Below, in pieces: positions 19,328 to 28,501 of a DNA stretch of 64,000 nt. The stretch is from assembly GCA_964581055.1 (NCBI GenBank), contig CAZOMJ010000045.1, positions 581-64,580 of the forward strand. Reading direction: 5' to 3'. A model generated the notes under the pieces. It was given only the letters and a program-made list of their open reading frames with translations, searched no databases and was not told the origin of the DNA. A program made the translations under genes and the position numbers. The DNA comes from an uncultured Candidatus Kuenenia sp. Its GTDB lineage: Bacteria; Planctomycetota; Planctomycetia; Pirellulales; UBA1268. Every line of letters starts with the position of its first letter. The first letter of the stretch is position 1.

Positions 19328-20563
19328 ATGTCCTATGCTCCTGCCACCATTGCTCCCTCCTTCAGCCTGCCGCGTGTCGCCCTGAAATCTGCCTCCCCCA
19401 AGTCGCTGCTCGTCACTGGCGCCACCGGATTGCTGGGCGCCTACCTCGTCCGCGATCTCCTTCTGGACGGCCGGAACTTGGCCGTCGTCGTCCGACGCAG
19501 CCGGAAGCAGACCGCCGCCGCCCGCGTGGAGGCAATCGTGGTCCACTGGGAGGAGACGCTCGGCAAGCGGCTCCCCAGACCGGTCGTCCTCGAAGGCGAC
19601 CTGACGCAGCCGCTCTGCGGGCTCGATCCCGCCGCCCGCCGCTGGGTGGGAGAACACTGCGACGAACTGCTCAACAACGCGGCCAGCCTCACGTTCCGCG
19701 GCTCCGACCGCGAGGCCGAACCGTGGCGAACGAATGTCAACGGCACGAGCCAGATGCTGGCGTTGGCCCAGGAAACGGGCCTCAGGCATGTTCACCATGT
19801 CTCCACGGCCTACGTCTGCGGCCTCCGCTCGGGCGTCGTCAAAGAGGACGACCTCGACGTCGGCCAGACGTTCGGAAACGATTACGAGCGGACGAAGGTC
19901 GAGGGCGAAAAGCTCGTCCACGCCGCTGTTTGCACCGCAGGCGGATTTCTCGACACCGCCACCATCTACCGGCCGTCGATCATCGTGGGCGACTCGAGCA
20001 CCGGGTGGACCTCGACCTACCACGGCCTGTTCGCGGCGTTGCGGCTCGGCCACACGCTGCTGACCAAGGTCACAAAGGGCACGACGAGCGGTCCGGCCCT
20101 GCTGGGCCTGATCGGCGTGGCACTCCACGACACCAAGAACTTCGTGCCCGTCGACTGGGTGTCGGCCGCGATCGCCCACGCGATCCAGACGCCCTCCGCC
20201 CGGGGCGCCACCTATCACCTCACGCACCCGGAGCCGCTCTCGATGGATCTCGTTGGCCGGCTCGTCCAGCAGGCCGTCGAGTCCTATTCAAAAGACGCTT
20301 CGCCCGACGACCCCGACCTGTGTGACGAGCAATGGTTTGCCGACAATCTCGGCACCCAGTTGGACATCTACAAGAGCTATCTGCGGAACGATCCCACGTT
20401 TGATCGCTCGCACACCGCCGCCATCACCGCCCACATCCCCTGCCCGACGCTCGACATGCAGTCGCTCATGAAGATGGCGAAATTCGCCATCGACCACGAC
20501 TTCGGCCGCAAAAGCCCGCTGTTGTCAGCCACCCCCAACCCGCCGGTCTTGGCGAGGTCGTGA
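19328..20563 (+). CDS. SDR-family thioester-reductase-like (NAD-binding, male-sterility type) protein
   Basis: Internal ATG at 19328. Rossmann motif LLVTGATGLLGAYLVRDLL. A YxxxK-like YERTKVEGEK. It starts 14 nt after the upstream stop. Confidence 0.65.
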   Translation: MSYAPATIAPSFSLPRVALKSASPKSLLVTGATGLLGAYLVRDLLLDGRNLAVVVRRSRKQTAAARVEAIVVHWEETLGKRLPRPVVLEGDLTQPLCGLDPAARRWVGEHCDELLNNAASLTFRGSDREAEPWRTNVNGTSQMLALAQETGLRHVHHVSTAYVCGLRSGVVKEDDLDVGQTFGNDYERTKVEGEKLVHAAVCTAGGFLDTATIYRPSIIVGDSSTGWTSTYHGLFAALRLGHTLLTKVTKGTTSGPALLGLIGVALHDTKNFVPVDWVSAAIAHAIQTPSARGATYHLTHPEPLSMDLVGRLVQQAVESYSKDASPDDPDLCDEQWFADNLGTQLDIYKSYLRNDPTFDRSHTAAITAHIPCPTLDMQSLMKMAKFAIDHDFGRKSPLLSATPNPPVLARS

Positions 20564-20568
20564 AACCA

Positions 20569-21123
20569 TCAGATCCCGCCAGACTTGGCGAGGTCGTGGA
20601 AATAGTGTCCGACCTTCTTCTGGTTCTTGAGCAGCCAGTCGATCGATGGCTCGTTGCCCATCGCCTTGCCGATCGCCTTGAGCGTGGCCTCGCGATGCGT
20701 GCGGAACAGCACGTCGTGGTCGATCTTCAGCTTCGCGTCGGCCACCGATGGATCGAGCCAGACAGCCACGATGATGCCGATGTCGTTCGCCTTGGCCTTC
20801 GGGATGTATCCCTCGCGGACACTGTCGAGCACGGCATTCGCGATCGCCGCCTGCACGGTGCCCATGAGGATGTTCGTATAGCGTGCGTTGGGAGCGGTGT
20901 ATTTGCTCACCATCAGCGTGGCGGGCCGCACCTGCACATCGCTGTTGAGGATCGCCCAGACCCGCGAGTGCCCCTTGACCTGATCGCCGATGAGGTTCGC
21001 AATCGCGTAGCCGACGGGGCCGTCCAGCTCGCCGATCACCACCTCCGGTTCGGCCGCGCTCCACGCCTCGTCGGCCTCCACGAGCGCCTCGCCGGTCCGC
21101 ATGATGATCTTCTTGCCTGCCAT
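20569..21123 (-). CDS. fae: Formaldehyde-activating enzyme (Fae) family protein
   Basis: 184 aa. RTGEALVE.., VVIGELDGPVGYAI, GHSRVWAILNSDVQVRPATLMVSKYT, GTVQAAIANAVLDSVREGYIP and IGIIVAVWLDP parallel the Fae layout as I recall it from methylotroph Fae. Confidence 0.7.
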   Translation of the reverse strand: MAGKKIIMRTGEALVEADEAWSAAEPEVVIGELDGPVGYAIANLIGDQVKGHSRVWAILNSDVQVRPATLMVSKYTAPNARYTNILMGTVQAAIANAVLDSVREGYIPKAKANDIGIIVAVWLDPSVADAKLKIDHDVLFRTHREATLKAIGKAMGNEPSIDWLLKNQKKVGHYFHDLAKSGGI

Positions 21124-21196
21124 GAAAATGCCTCCTGGGAAACGATGGTCTGCCGATTGAATCCGGCCACGTTATTCACGATCGGTGGCCGGCGCG

Positions 21197-22042
21197 TCAA
21201 TCGATGGCGTCCGGCAGCCGGGCCACGATCCGCAGCGGGCCGCCGCTGCCGCCGCCGATCTTCATCGGCAGGGCGACGACGAACGCCCCCTGCTCGGGCA
21301 GGGCGTCGAGCGCCGCCACGTTCTCGAAAATCGGCACGTTGCCGCCACAGAGGACGACATGCGAGCCGAAGTGCGTCGACGGACCGTGGTCGATGCTGGC
21401 CGTGTCGATGCCGACGGCGCGGATCCGGCGGTGGTCGACCAGCCACCGGGCCGCCAGCGGCGAGAGGCCGGGAAACCGCAGTCGCGCCACCGCTTCGGGA
21501 CCGGTCTGATCGGTGCCGAGATAGGCGGACCGATCGTTCCACCGCGTCGCCCAGCCGGTGCGGAGGAGCACGATCACATCCACCAACTGCCGGCCGTGCC
21601 GCGTCTCCCACTCCACGAGATCGTCGGGCGTGACCTCGTAGGCGGGATCGGCCGAGGACTGTTTCGTCACATCGATCACGACCGCCTCACCGACCAGATG
21701 CTCCAGGGGAATGGCGTCGGCGGTCTGGCCGGCGGCGGAAAAATGCCGCGGCGCGTCGAGGTGGGTGCCGCCGTGCTCGGCCGAGGCAAACCGGTTGGCG
21801 GCGTAGTAATAGCCCTTGGTGGTCAGGCCGTTGATGCCCTGCTCGAAGCGAAACCCTTTCTCCGTGGGCCAGTAGATCGTCTTCTCATCGAACGCATGCG
21901 TGAGATCGACCCAACGTCCCTGCGACCATTGGCCCGCCCGCGAAGCCGCAGCCCGAGCCGACACGGCCGGCGACTGGCCCCGGGCGGCGGCCGCCCCGCA
22001 GGCCAGACACAACACGATCACTCCAGCCAGGCATCGCCCCAT
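21197..22042 (-). CDS. Cyclase-family protein (kynurenine-formamidase-like), secreted
   Basis: Metal-binding motif EHGGTHLDAPRHF. Signal-like MGRCLAGVIVLCLACGAAAARG from the internal ATG at 22042. Confidence 0.7.
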   Translation of the reverse strand: MGRCLAGVIVLCLACGAAAARGQSPAVSARAAASRAGQWSQGRWVDLTHAFDEKTIYWPTEKGFRFEQGINGLTTKGYYYAANRFASAEHGGTHLDAPRHFSAAGQTADAIPLEHLVGEAVVIDVTKQSSADPAYEVTPDDLVEWETRHGRQLVDVIVLLRTGWATRWNDRSAYLGTDQTGPEAVARLRFPGLSPLAARWLVDHRRIRAVGIDTASIDHGPSTHFGSHVVLCGGNVPIFENVAALDALPEQGAFVVALPMKIGGGSGGPLRIVARLPDAID

Positions 22043-22303
22043 CGCCTTGATCTCCCTCGGAATCACGTGATGACATCGACTCCAGCGGGCAGCATACCGG
22101 CGCCGTTCCGATCGTGCGGACAAGCACCACTCCGTCGAGGGGGCCGCGTTGGGGCCGCTGGTGCGGCGCTGCGGGATATGCCAAAACGTCTGCCGTCGGC
22201 AGGTGCGGGCACACTCTGCAGCGGCCGCATCCGATGCAACAGATGGCGTCGGAATCGATTCCTGACGCCGTCACGACATTCATTCCAGGGAGGCAGTTGG
22301 TCC

Positions 22304-22537
22304 ATGGTCATGCTCAGGGTCATCCTCGTGGCTGCCGTCGCGGCCGCAGCAGCAGCCCCGGTTGCCGGAGCCGGATTCGATCCCCGCGTGGTCACGTTCG
22401 GCAGCGAGCGCGACCAGATCAAGAGCATCCCCATCGAAAAGCGCCCGAACCGGCCGTTGCATGTCTACGGCAACTCGGTCCGCCGCCGTCATGGCCGCGC
22501 GGCAGAGAACGCACCGCGGGGCGACGTCCGCCGCTGA
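22304..22537 (+). CDS. Small secreted hypothetical protein (77 aa)
   Basis: ATG at 22304 with GGGAGG about 10 nt upstream. Signal-like [23 protein letters not shown]. Strong G/C at third codon positions in this frame. Basic C-terminal tail. Confidence 0.45.
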   Translation: MVMLRVILVAAVAAAAAAPVAGAGFDPRVVTFGSERDQIKSIPIEKRPNRPLHVYGNSVRRRHGRAAENAPRGDVRR

Positions 22538-22575
22538 CGGTGCCCGCAGCCCGGCGCCCACAGCCTGAGGGCCCG

Positions 22576-23208
22576 TCATTCCCCCACGGGAGTCACCCGG
22601 CAGAGCGGGTGCATCCGGTATTCCAGGCCCGTCCGCTGCTCGACGCAGCGGTAACGGCTCCGCAGTTTCGGCCCCAGGCGAAACAACTTGCCGCCGTCGG
22701 TCCGGAAGATCGTCCCGGCGGCCAGCGATTCCACGAACACGAGCCCGGGATCGACCGCATCGTATCGGGCCAACGCCAGCATCAGATCCCGGTCGCTGCA
22801 GGTCGCCGCCGCGGGGCTCCGCATCGCGCGGCTGAGCGCGGCGCCGACGTCCTCCGGCAGCATGCGGCCGACCACCACAGGCAGGAGGAGCCGTTCGAAC
22901 TCCGCCTTCCATTCCAACCCGTGCGGCCGCACGCGGCGGATCCTCGCCCGGTGGGATTCCCAGGTGGCGGCATGGGCGATCTCGTGGAGGAGCGTGGTGA
23001 GGAAGGCGTAGGGATTGAGGTCGATGTTGACGGATATGCGATGCCGCCGCCGCAGAGCCGTCGGAGCCCGGTGGTCGCCGAGTTTCGTCCGCCGCGGCCG
23101 GCTTAGCCGCACATCGACGGGGTGGGCGGCCAGCAGGTCCGCGACGTAGGCGTGCGTGCTTTCGGGCAACCGCGGCCAGAGCCCGGCGTGCGGCAAGGAA
23201 CGGCTCAT
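22576..23208 (-). CDS. SprT-like zinc metalloprotease-domain protein
   Basis: TKLGDH..ISVNIDLNPYAFLTTLLHEIAHAATW carries an HExxH motif in SprT-like context. Start taken at M6 (23208). Confidence 0.65.
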   Translation of the reverse strand: MSRSLPHAGLWPRLPESTHAYVADLLAAHPVDVRLSRPRRTKLGDHRAPTALRRRHRISVNIDLNPYAFLTTLLHEIAHAATWESHRARIRRVRPHGLEWKAEFERLLLPVVVGRMLPEDVGAALSRAMRSPAAATCSDRDLMLALARYDAVDPGLVFVESLAAGTIFRTDGGKLFRLGPKLRSRYRCVEQRTGLEYRMHPLCRVTPVGE

Positions 23209-23371
23209 GGCAGGCGGTCTCACTCGACGATCCTCTCATTCCCGGCCACCGTCCGGGCCGCCGGCAGCAAGCTACCGGCAGTAGCCGATTTTGCACAATC
23301 CGGAAATGCGACATAGCCTGTCGGCAAGGGTAGGATCGACAGTCGTTTTTTCCCTGCTTTCTCTCGGTCGC

Positions 23372-26300
23372 ATGACGCCATCGTCCCATCGCCGTACCGG
23401 CCCCCTCCCGCCCCGCATCGTGCTCATCGGCAGGGCAGCGGGCAACGATCTGGTGCTCCACGACGCGAGCATCTCGGCACGGCATGCCCGTGTGGTCGTC
23501 GCCGACGACGGACTCTGGCTGGAGGATCTCGGCAGCCGCAACGGGACGTTCGTCGGTTCCCCGCCGCGACGGATCGAACGGGAGCAGATCAGCCTCGACA
23601 CGTGCATCACGGTCGGCTCCACGACGCTGCCCATGACGACGCTCCGCGACCTGCTCGAGCGGACGCAGCCGCTGCCCGCGGCGGATGAGGCCATCGAACT
23701 GGCGCCGTCCGCGATGGTCACCTTCGGGCGGCGGTCGGGGGCCAGCGTCGCCATCGACCACCCGGTCGTTTCCGCACTCCATGCCACGGTCACGCACGAA
23801 CGCGGCCGCGTGGTGGTCCGCGATCTCGGCAGCATGCACGGCACCTTCGTGGATGGCCGGCGCATCGACCGGCCCATGGAGATCAGCCCCGGCACGGTCG
23901 TGCAGGTTGGCGACAGAAGGTTTCGGCTTGCCGCCGACAGCCTGTCGCTCACACCTCTCCACGCACCGGCCGACGTGATCGAGGCCAGCGGCGTGGCGGT
24001 CGCCGCCTCGGGCCGCCGGCTGCTGGAGGACGTGTCGCTGGTCGTGCAGCCGGGTGAGATGGTGGCGATCATGGGCCCCAGCGGCGCCGGCAAGAGCACA
24101 CTGCTCTCGGTGCTCAACGGCAATGTGGTGCCCGCCGACGGCAGGCTCGTCGTCGGCGGCCTCGACCTCCACGAGCATTACGACCTCTTCCGCGGCCGCA
24201 TCGGCTACGTGCCGCAGGACGACATCCTCCACGCCGACCTCACTGTCTGGCAGGCGCTCTGGTATGCGGCGCGGCTCCGCCTGCCGCCCGACACGACGAG
24301 CGAAGAGATCGGCAGGCGGATTCGCGCCGTGATCGCCCAACTCGGGCTCGCGGGCACGGAACACACCCGCGTGGGCGACCAACGGAAGCGCGGCGTGAGC
24401 GGCGGCCAGCGGAAGCGGGTCAATCTGGCCATGGAACTCCTCACCGATCCGCCGATCCTCGTGCTCGACGAGCCCACCTCGGGCCTCTCCAGCACCGACG
24501 CCCTCTCGGTGATCGACCTGCTGCGGTCGCTGGCCGACGCGGGCAAGACGATCCTCGTCACGATCCACCAGCCGAGCCTCGACGCCTTCCAGAAGTTCGA
24601 CGCGGTGGCCGTGATCGCTCGGGATGCCTCCACCAATCAGATCGGCCGGCTGGCCTGGTTTGGCCGGGCGTGGCCCGATGCGGTGGCGTTCTTCGAGCCG
24701 CCCGTGCCGGGTGCGGCGGCGGCGACGAGCGTCGACGGCCTCCTGCGCGGCCTCGCCACCCGGCCGGTGAACGACTGGGTGCGGCAGTGGCAGCAGTCGG
24801 TGGCGAAATCGATCTGGGTCGATCGCCGCTCGAGCCGCCACGCCGACGCCGCGAACGACCGTCAGCCACGAAAACGTCGCGCCATCGCCCCGCTGACGCA
24901 GTGGCGCACCCTGGTGCAACGGACGCTCGCAGTGAAGGCCGCCGACCGCTGGAACAGCGTCGTCATGTTCGCGCAGGCTCCGCTGGTCGGCCTGCTCATC
25001 GCCGCCGTGTTCGGCAAGGTGGTGCGGCACGAGCCGTCCCTCGAGATCTGGCCCAAGATCGGCGTCAACCTGGCGACCACGTTGTTCGTCACGTCGCTGG
25101 CGGCCATCTGGTTCGGCTGCTCGAGCATGGCCCGCGAGATCGTCACTGAATGGCCCATCTACCGCCGCGAACGGATGGTGGGCCTCTCGATCCCTGCCTA
25201 CGTAGCAGCCAAGATGACGGTGTTGCTGGGAATCGCCGCGGTGCAGTCGGCGCTCCTGCTGGGCATCGTCGCGTGGACGTGCCGGCTCGACACGCCCTGG
25301 TGGCATCTCTACGCGGTGCTCTACGCGGCAGCTCTGGCCGGCGGCGCGCTGGGTCTGTTCATCTCCGCGACGCTGCAGACGGCCGAGGCCGCGGCGGGCG
25401 TCCTACCGGTGCTCCTCCTGCCGATGATCGTGCTCGGGGGCATTCTCGTGCCGCTCTCCGACCTGCCGCGGCTCACGCAACCGCTCGCCGCCGCCATGCC
25501 GTCACGGTGGGCTTTCGAGGGGATGGTGGTGCCCGAGGCGCTGCGGCGCCCCCGGGTGCGGCCCCTGGCCCCGCCCGGCACCGCGTCTCCTCCGCCGGCC
25601 GCCTCGCAGCCGACACCGACCGACACGCCGGCCGTGGCCCCGCCAGTCAAGCACGACGAAACCCGCGCCGCCCCGCCACGTCGCACGCAGGTCAGCCTGG
25701 CCGTCGCCCGCCCGGGAGCCGTGCCGGTGCGGATGGCATCCGGGGCGGGTACCGTCGCGGTTGGCGACCGGGGAGGCCGCCCCTTCATCCTGCCGGGCCG
25801 CCGCCGGATCGCCGAGGCGCTGGAAGACGCCGCCGCGAAGGCGGAGGCCGAGATGCAGCGGGCGAAGCAGGATGCCGAACGCAAGGCCCAGACGATGAAG
25901 CAGCAGATGGAGCGCGACGTCGAGCAGCGTGGCACCCAACTGCAGCAGCAAATGCGGCAGGAAGTCGAGGGCCGCGGCACCGAGATGCAGGCCCGCATGC
26001 AGGCCGAGATGGAGAAGAAGTTGCAGTCGGCACGAACCGACTTCGAGAAACAGTCGGCCGCGATGAACGCCACCCTTCAGAAGACCGTGGAGGCGCGGGT
26101 GCAGGAGGCGACGCAGTCGTTCGAAGCCAGGCTCCACGACATGCAGCAGGGCATGGAGCAGGAGCGGCAGCGGATGAAGACCCAACTCGATCAGCTCGGC
26201 TCGCTCGCCGCCCAGACACGCCGCGAGGTCGTGCCGGCTGCCACCCCACCGGCGGGCGACGACATCGACATGGCGGAGCGGTTTTTTTCGCGGTCCGGCT

Positions 26301-26407
26301 GGCGTTCGTCCGCGGGCGTGCCGCTGGCCGTTCTGGGCGGCATGTTCGTCGCCGGCATCGTGGCCACGGCCGTGATGCTCGTACGGCGTGATGCCACCGG
26401 CCGCTAG
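23372..26407 (+). CDS. Double-FHA ABC transporter (fused ATPase and ABC-2/ABCG-type permease) with a C-terminal coiled-coil extension and a terminal TM helix
   Basis: FHA1: IVLIGRAAGNDLVLHDASISARHARVVV..GSRNGTFV. FHA2: VTFGRRSGASVAIDHPVVSALHATV..GSMHGTFVDG. Walker A GPSGAGKST, signature VSGGQRKRV, Walker B ILVLDEPTSGL. Six-helix ABC-2-like region. Then a Pro-rich segment, a Q/E/R/M-rich helical region and the final TM GVPLAVLGGMFVAGIVATAVMLV. Confidence 0.85.
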   Translation: MTPSSHRRTGPLPPRIVLIGRAAGNDLVLHDASISARHARVVVADDGLWLEDLGSRNGTFVGSPPRRIEREQISLDTCITVGSTTLPMTTLRDLLERTQPLPAADEAIELAPSAMVTFGRRSGASVAIDHPVVSALHATVTHERGRVVVRDLGSMHGTFVDGRRIDRPMEISPGTVVQVGDRRFRLAADSLSLTPLHAPADVIEASGVAVAASGRRLLEDVSLVVQPGEMVAIMGPSGAGKSTLLSVLNGNVVPADGRLVVGGLDLHEHYDLFRGRIGYVPQDDILHADLTVWQALWYAARLRLPPDTTSEEIGRRIRAVIAQLGLAGTEHTRVGDQRKRGVSGGQRKRVNLAMELLTDPPILVLDEPTSGLSSTDALSVIDLLRSLADAGKTILVTIHQPSLDAFQKFDAVAVIARDASTNQIGRLAWFGRAWPDAVAFFEPPVPGAAAATSVDGLLRGLATRPVNDWVRQWQQSVAKSIWVDRRSSRHADAANDRQPRKRRAIAPLTQWRTLVQRTLAVKAADRWNSVVMFAQAPLVGLLIAAVFGKVVRHEPSLEIWPKIGVNLATTLFVTSLAAIWFGCSSMAREIVTEWPIYRRERMVGLSIPAYVAAKMTVLLGIAAVQSALLLGIVAWTCRLDTPWWHLYAVLYAAALAGGALGLFISATLQTAEAAAGVLPVLLLPMIVLGGILVPLSDLPRLTQPLAAAMPSRWAFEGMVVPEALRRPRVRPLAPPGTASPPPAASQPTPTDTPAVAPPVKHDETRAAPPRRTQVSLAVARPGAVPVRMASGAGTVAVGDRGGRPFILPGRRRIAEALEDAAAKAEAEMQRAKQDAERKAQTMKQQMERDVEQRGTQLQQQMRQEVEGRGTEMQARMQAEMEKKLQSARTDFEKQSAAMNATLQKTVEARVQEATQSFEARLHDMQQGMEQERQRMKTQLDQLGSLAAQTRREVVPAATPPAGDDIDMAERFFSRSGWRSSAGVPLAVLGGMFVAGIVATAVMLVRRDATGR

Positions 26408-26442
26408 CCGATCACGGCCCGACGGGCGAAAAGGAGTTCATC

Positions 26443-28470
26443 GTGCGGGAACATGAGTCGCGGCCTGAAACCGTCGTGCCGCCGATGCTCGTCGCGACGA
26501 CTTCCATCGCGATCGATCGCCCTCTTGGTCGCGGCGGTCTGGGCGACATCTACGAAGCCAGTGACCGCGGCACGGGCCGGAATCTGGCCGTGAAGTTTCT
26601 CAACGACTGGGCCCTCGACCAGCCGGCCTGCCGCGAGGCCTTCTCGTTCGAGGCGAAAGTCACCAGCCAGCTCGAGCATCCCAACATCGTGCCGGTCTAC
26701 GCCACCGGCAGCACGCCGGAGGGCCGGCCCTTCTACGCGATGCGACTGATCCCGGGACGAACGCTCGCCGCCGCGATCGCCGAGTTCCACGACCGCCGAC
26801 ACGGCGAGCACGATACCGAGCGGCACGCCGCGCGGTATCGCGAGCTGCTCGGGCAGTTCTCCATGATCTGCAAGGCGATCGCCTTCGCCCATGACCGTGG
26901 CGTCATCCACCGTGACATCAAGCCCGCCAACGTGATGCAGGGGAGGTTCGGCGAGGTCGTCGTGCTCGACTGGGGTCTGGCGGCGCGGATCGACCGAGAC
27001 GATCGGGCACGGTCCAGCGGTGAGCAGAGCATCGTGATGCCGACCGTCGCGATCGGAGACGAGCAGCCGGCCGCCAAACGCGGCCTCTCGGGCACGCCGG
27101 CATACATGAGTCCCGAACAGCACGACGGCGCCCGCCATGTGGGGGCGCCCAGCGATGTCTACGGGCTCGGGGCGACGCTCTACCACATCCTCACCGGCCA
27201 GCCGCCCTTCGATGGAGAGCTGCCCGCCATCCGCGAGCAGGCGATGGCGGGGAAGGTGGTGCCGCCGTCGCGGGTGAAACGCGGCGTGTCGCAGGCGATC
27301 GAGTCGATCTGCATGAAGGCGATGGCCCGCGATCCCGTCGACCGCTACGAATCGCCGCTGGAACTCGCCCGTGATGTTGACAACTATCTCGCCGACCTGC
27401 CGGTGTCGTCCTACCGGGAGCCGCTGCTGCGGAAGCTCGCGAGGTGGACGCGGCGGCACCGCTCGCTGACGCAGATGAGCGTGGCCACGCTGCTCCTCCT
27501 TCTCCTGACGGCAGGGGCCTCGTCGCTGCTGCTGCATCGGATGGCCAACGAGGAATACCGGGCGCGTCAGACGGCCCTGCTGATGGCCGCCCGGCTGGCC
27601 GCCAGCACCGCGGGGCTGCAGATCGACTCGCGCTGGCGGATCCTCGAACGCGATGCGCAGAATTCCGCCCTGGTCGAGGCGGTCGCCGCCACGGCCGGCA
27701 CGACGCCCGCACCGGATGAGGGCCGACGGTCCTGGGCCGCCATTCAGTCCGCGGTCGACGCGATCGCTGCAGCCAACCGTGACACCGTCGATGCCGAGAG
27801 CTGGTCGGTTTGCAATGCCCAGGGCGTGCAGGTGGCCCGCTGGCCGCTGGCCGACACCATCGGACAATCGTTCTCGCACCGCGATTACTTTCACGGCGGG
27901 GCGGGCGACCTCAAACCCGGCACACCGAGCGAGCCTCTGCAGGAGGTGCATCGTTCGACCGTGTACGAGAGCACGGCCACCGGCCGTCTGAAGGTGGCGT
28001 TCTCCGCCCCGATCTGGCGGGAGAAGGCGGGGAGCCCGGGCCGGACATGCCTTGGCGTCCTGGTGATGGCCTTCGACGTGGGGGTGCTCTTCCGCTCGAT
28101 CGACGCCATCGGCGGTTGGAACGCTGCCAAACAGTCTTTTTCGGTCGCCGTGATCGACCTGCGCGACGATCAGGTGGAGGGCAGGCCACAATCCGGTCTC
28201 GTGCTCGAGAACCCCGACATCGTGCGGGCTGATCTCGTGGGATCGACGAAAGCGCAATACACGCGTGCCCCACAGACGATCGTCGAGCAGCTGAAGGCCG
28301 CCTCCAGGCGGAGGCCCGAATTCGGCAAGCCGCCCGCCCTCAACGCCCCCACGGCGATCGCCTTCGACGCCGAGGTGCCGACGATCGCGGCGGCGGAGCC
28401 GATCGTGATCCTGGGCCGGCCGGAACATCTGGCCAACATCGACTGGGCGGTGCTCGTCCACGAGCGGTGA
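26443..28470 (+). CDS. Membrane Ser/Thr protein kinase with an extracytoplasmic Cache-like sensor domain
   Basis: GTG start with AAGGAG 7 nt upstream. Motifs: GRGGLGDIY, LAVKF, HRDIKPANVM, LDWG (in the DFG position), GTPAYMSPEQ. TM helix VATLLLLLLTAGASSLLL. About 310 aa of C-terminal domain includes SFSHRDYFHGG. Confidence 0.85.
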   Translation: MREHESRPETVVPPMLVATTSIAIDRPLGRGGLGDIYEASDRGTGRNLAVKFLNDWALDQPACREAFSFEAKVTSQLEHPNIVPVYATGSTPEGRPFYAMRLIPGRTLAAAIAEFHDRRHGEHDTERHAARYRELLGQFSMICKAIAFAHDRGVIHRDIKPANVMQGRFGEVVVLDWGLAARIDRDDRARSSGEQSIVMPTVAIGDEQPAAKRGLSGTPAYMSPEQHDGARHVGAPSDVYGLGATLYHILTGQPPFDGELPAIREQAMAGKVVPPSRVKRGVSQAIESICMKAMARDPVDRYESPLELARDVDNYLADLPVSSYREPLLRKLARWTRRHRSLTQMSVATLLLLLLTAGASSLLLHRMANEEYRARQTALLMAARLAASTAGLQIDSRWRILERDAQNSALVEAVAATAGTTPAPDEGRRSWAAIQSAVDAIAAANRDTVDAESWSVCNAQGVQVARWPLADTIGQSFSHRDYFHGGAGDLKPGTPSEPLQEVHRSTVYESTATGRLKVAFSAPIWREKAGSPGRTCLGVLVMAFDVGVLFRSIDAIGGWNAAKQSFSVAVIDLRDDQVEGRPQSGLVLENPDIVRADLVGSTKAQYTRAPQTIVEQLKAASRRRPEFGKPPALNAPTAIAFDAEVPTIAAAEPIVILGRPEHLANIDWAVLVHER

Positions 28471-28501
28471 GCCTATACGGCTGGAAAGCAGAGCACCCGT
28501 C

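Noticed and set aside
22280-25306. 1008-aa ORF on the minus strand
   Set aside because: It lies antisense to the FHA-ABC transporter gene, whose plus-strand frame carries unambiguous Walker A, signature and Walker B motifs and FHA motifs. The minus-strand translation is Arg/Gly/Pro/His-rich with no motifs, as expected for off-frame ORFs in high-GC DNA.
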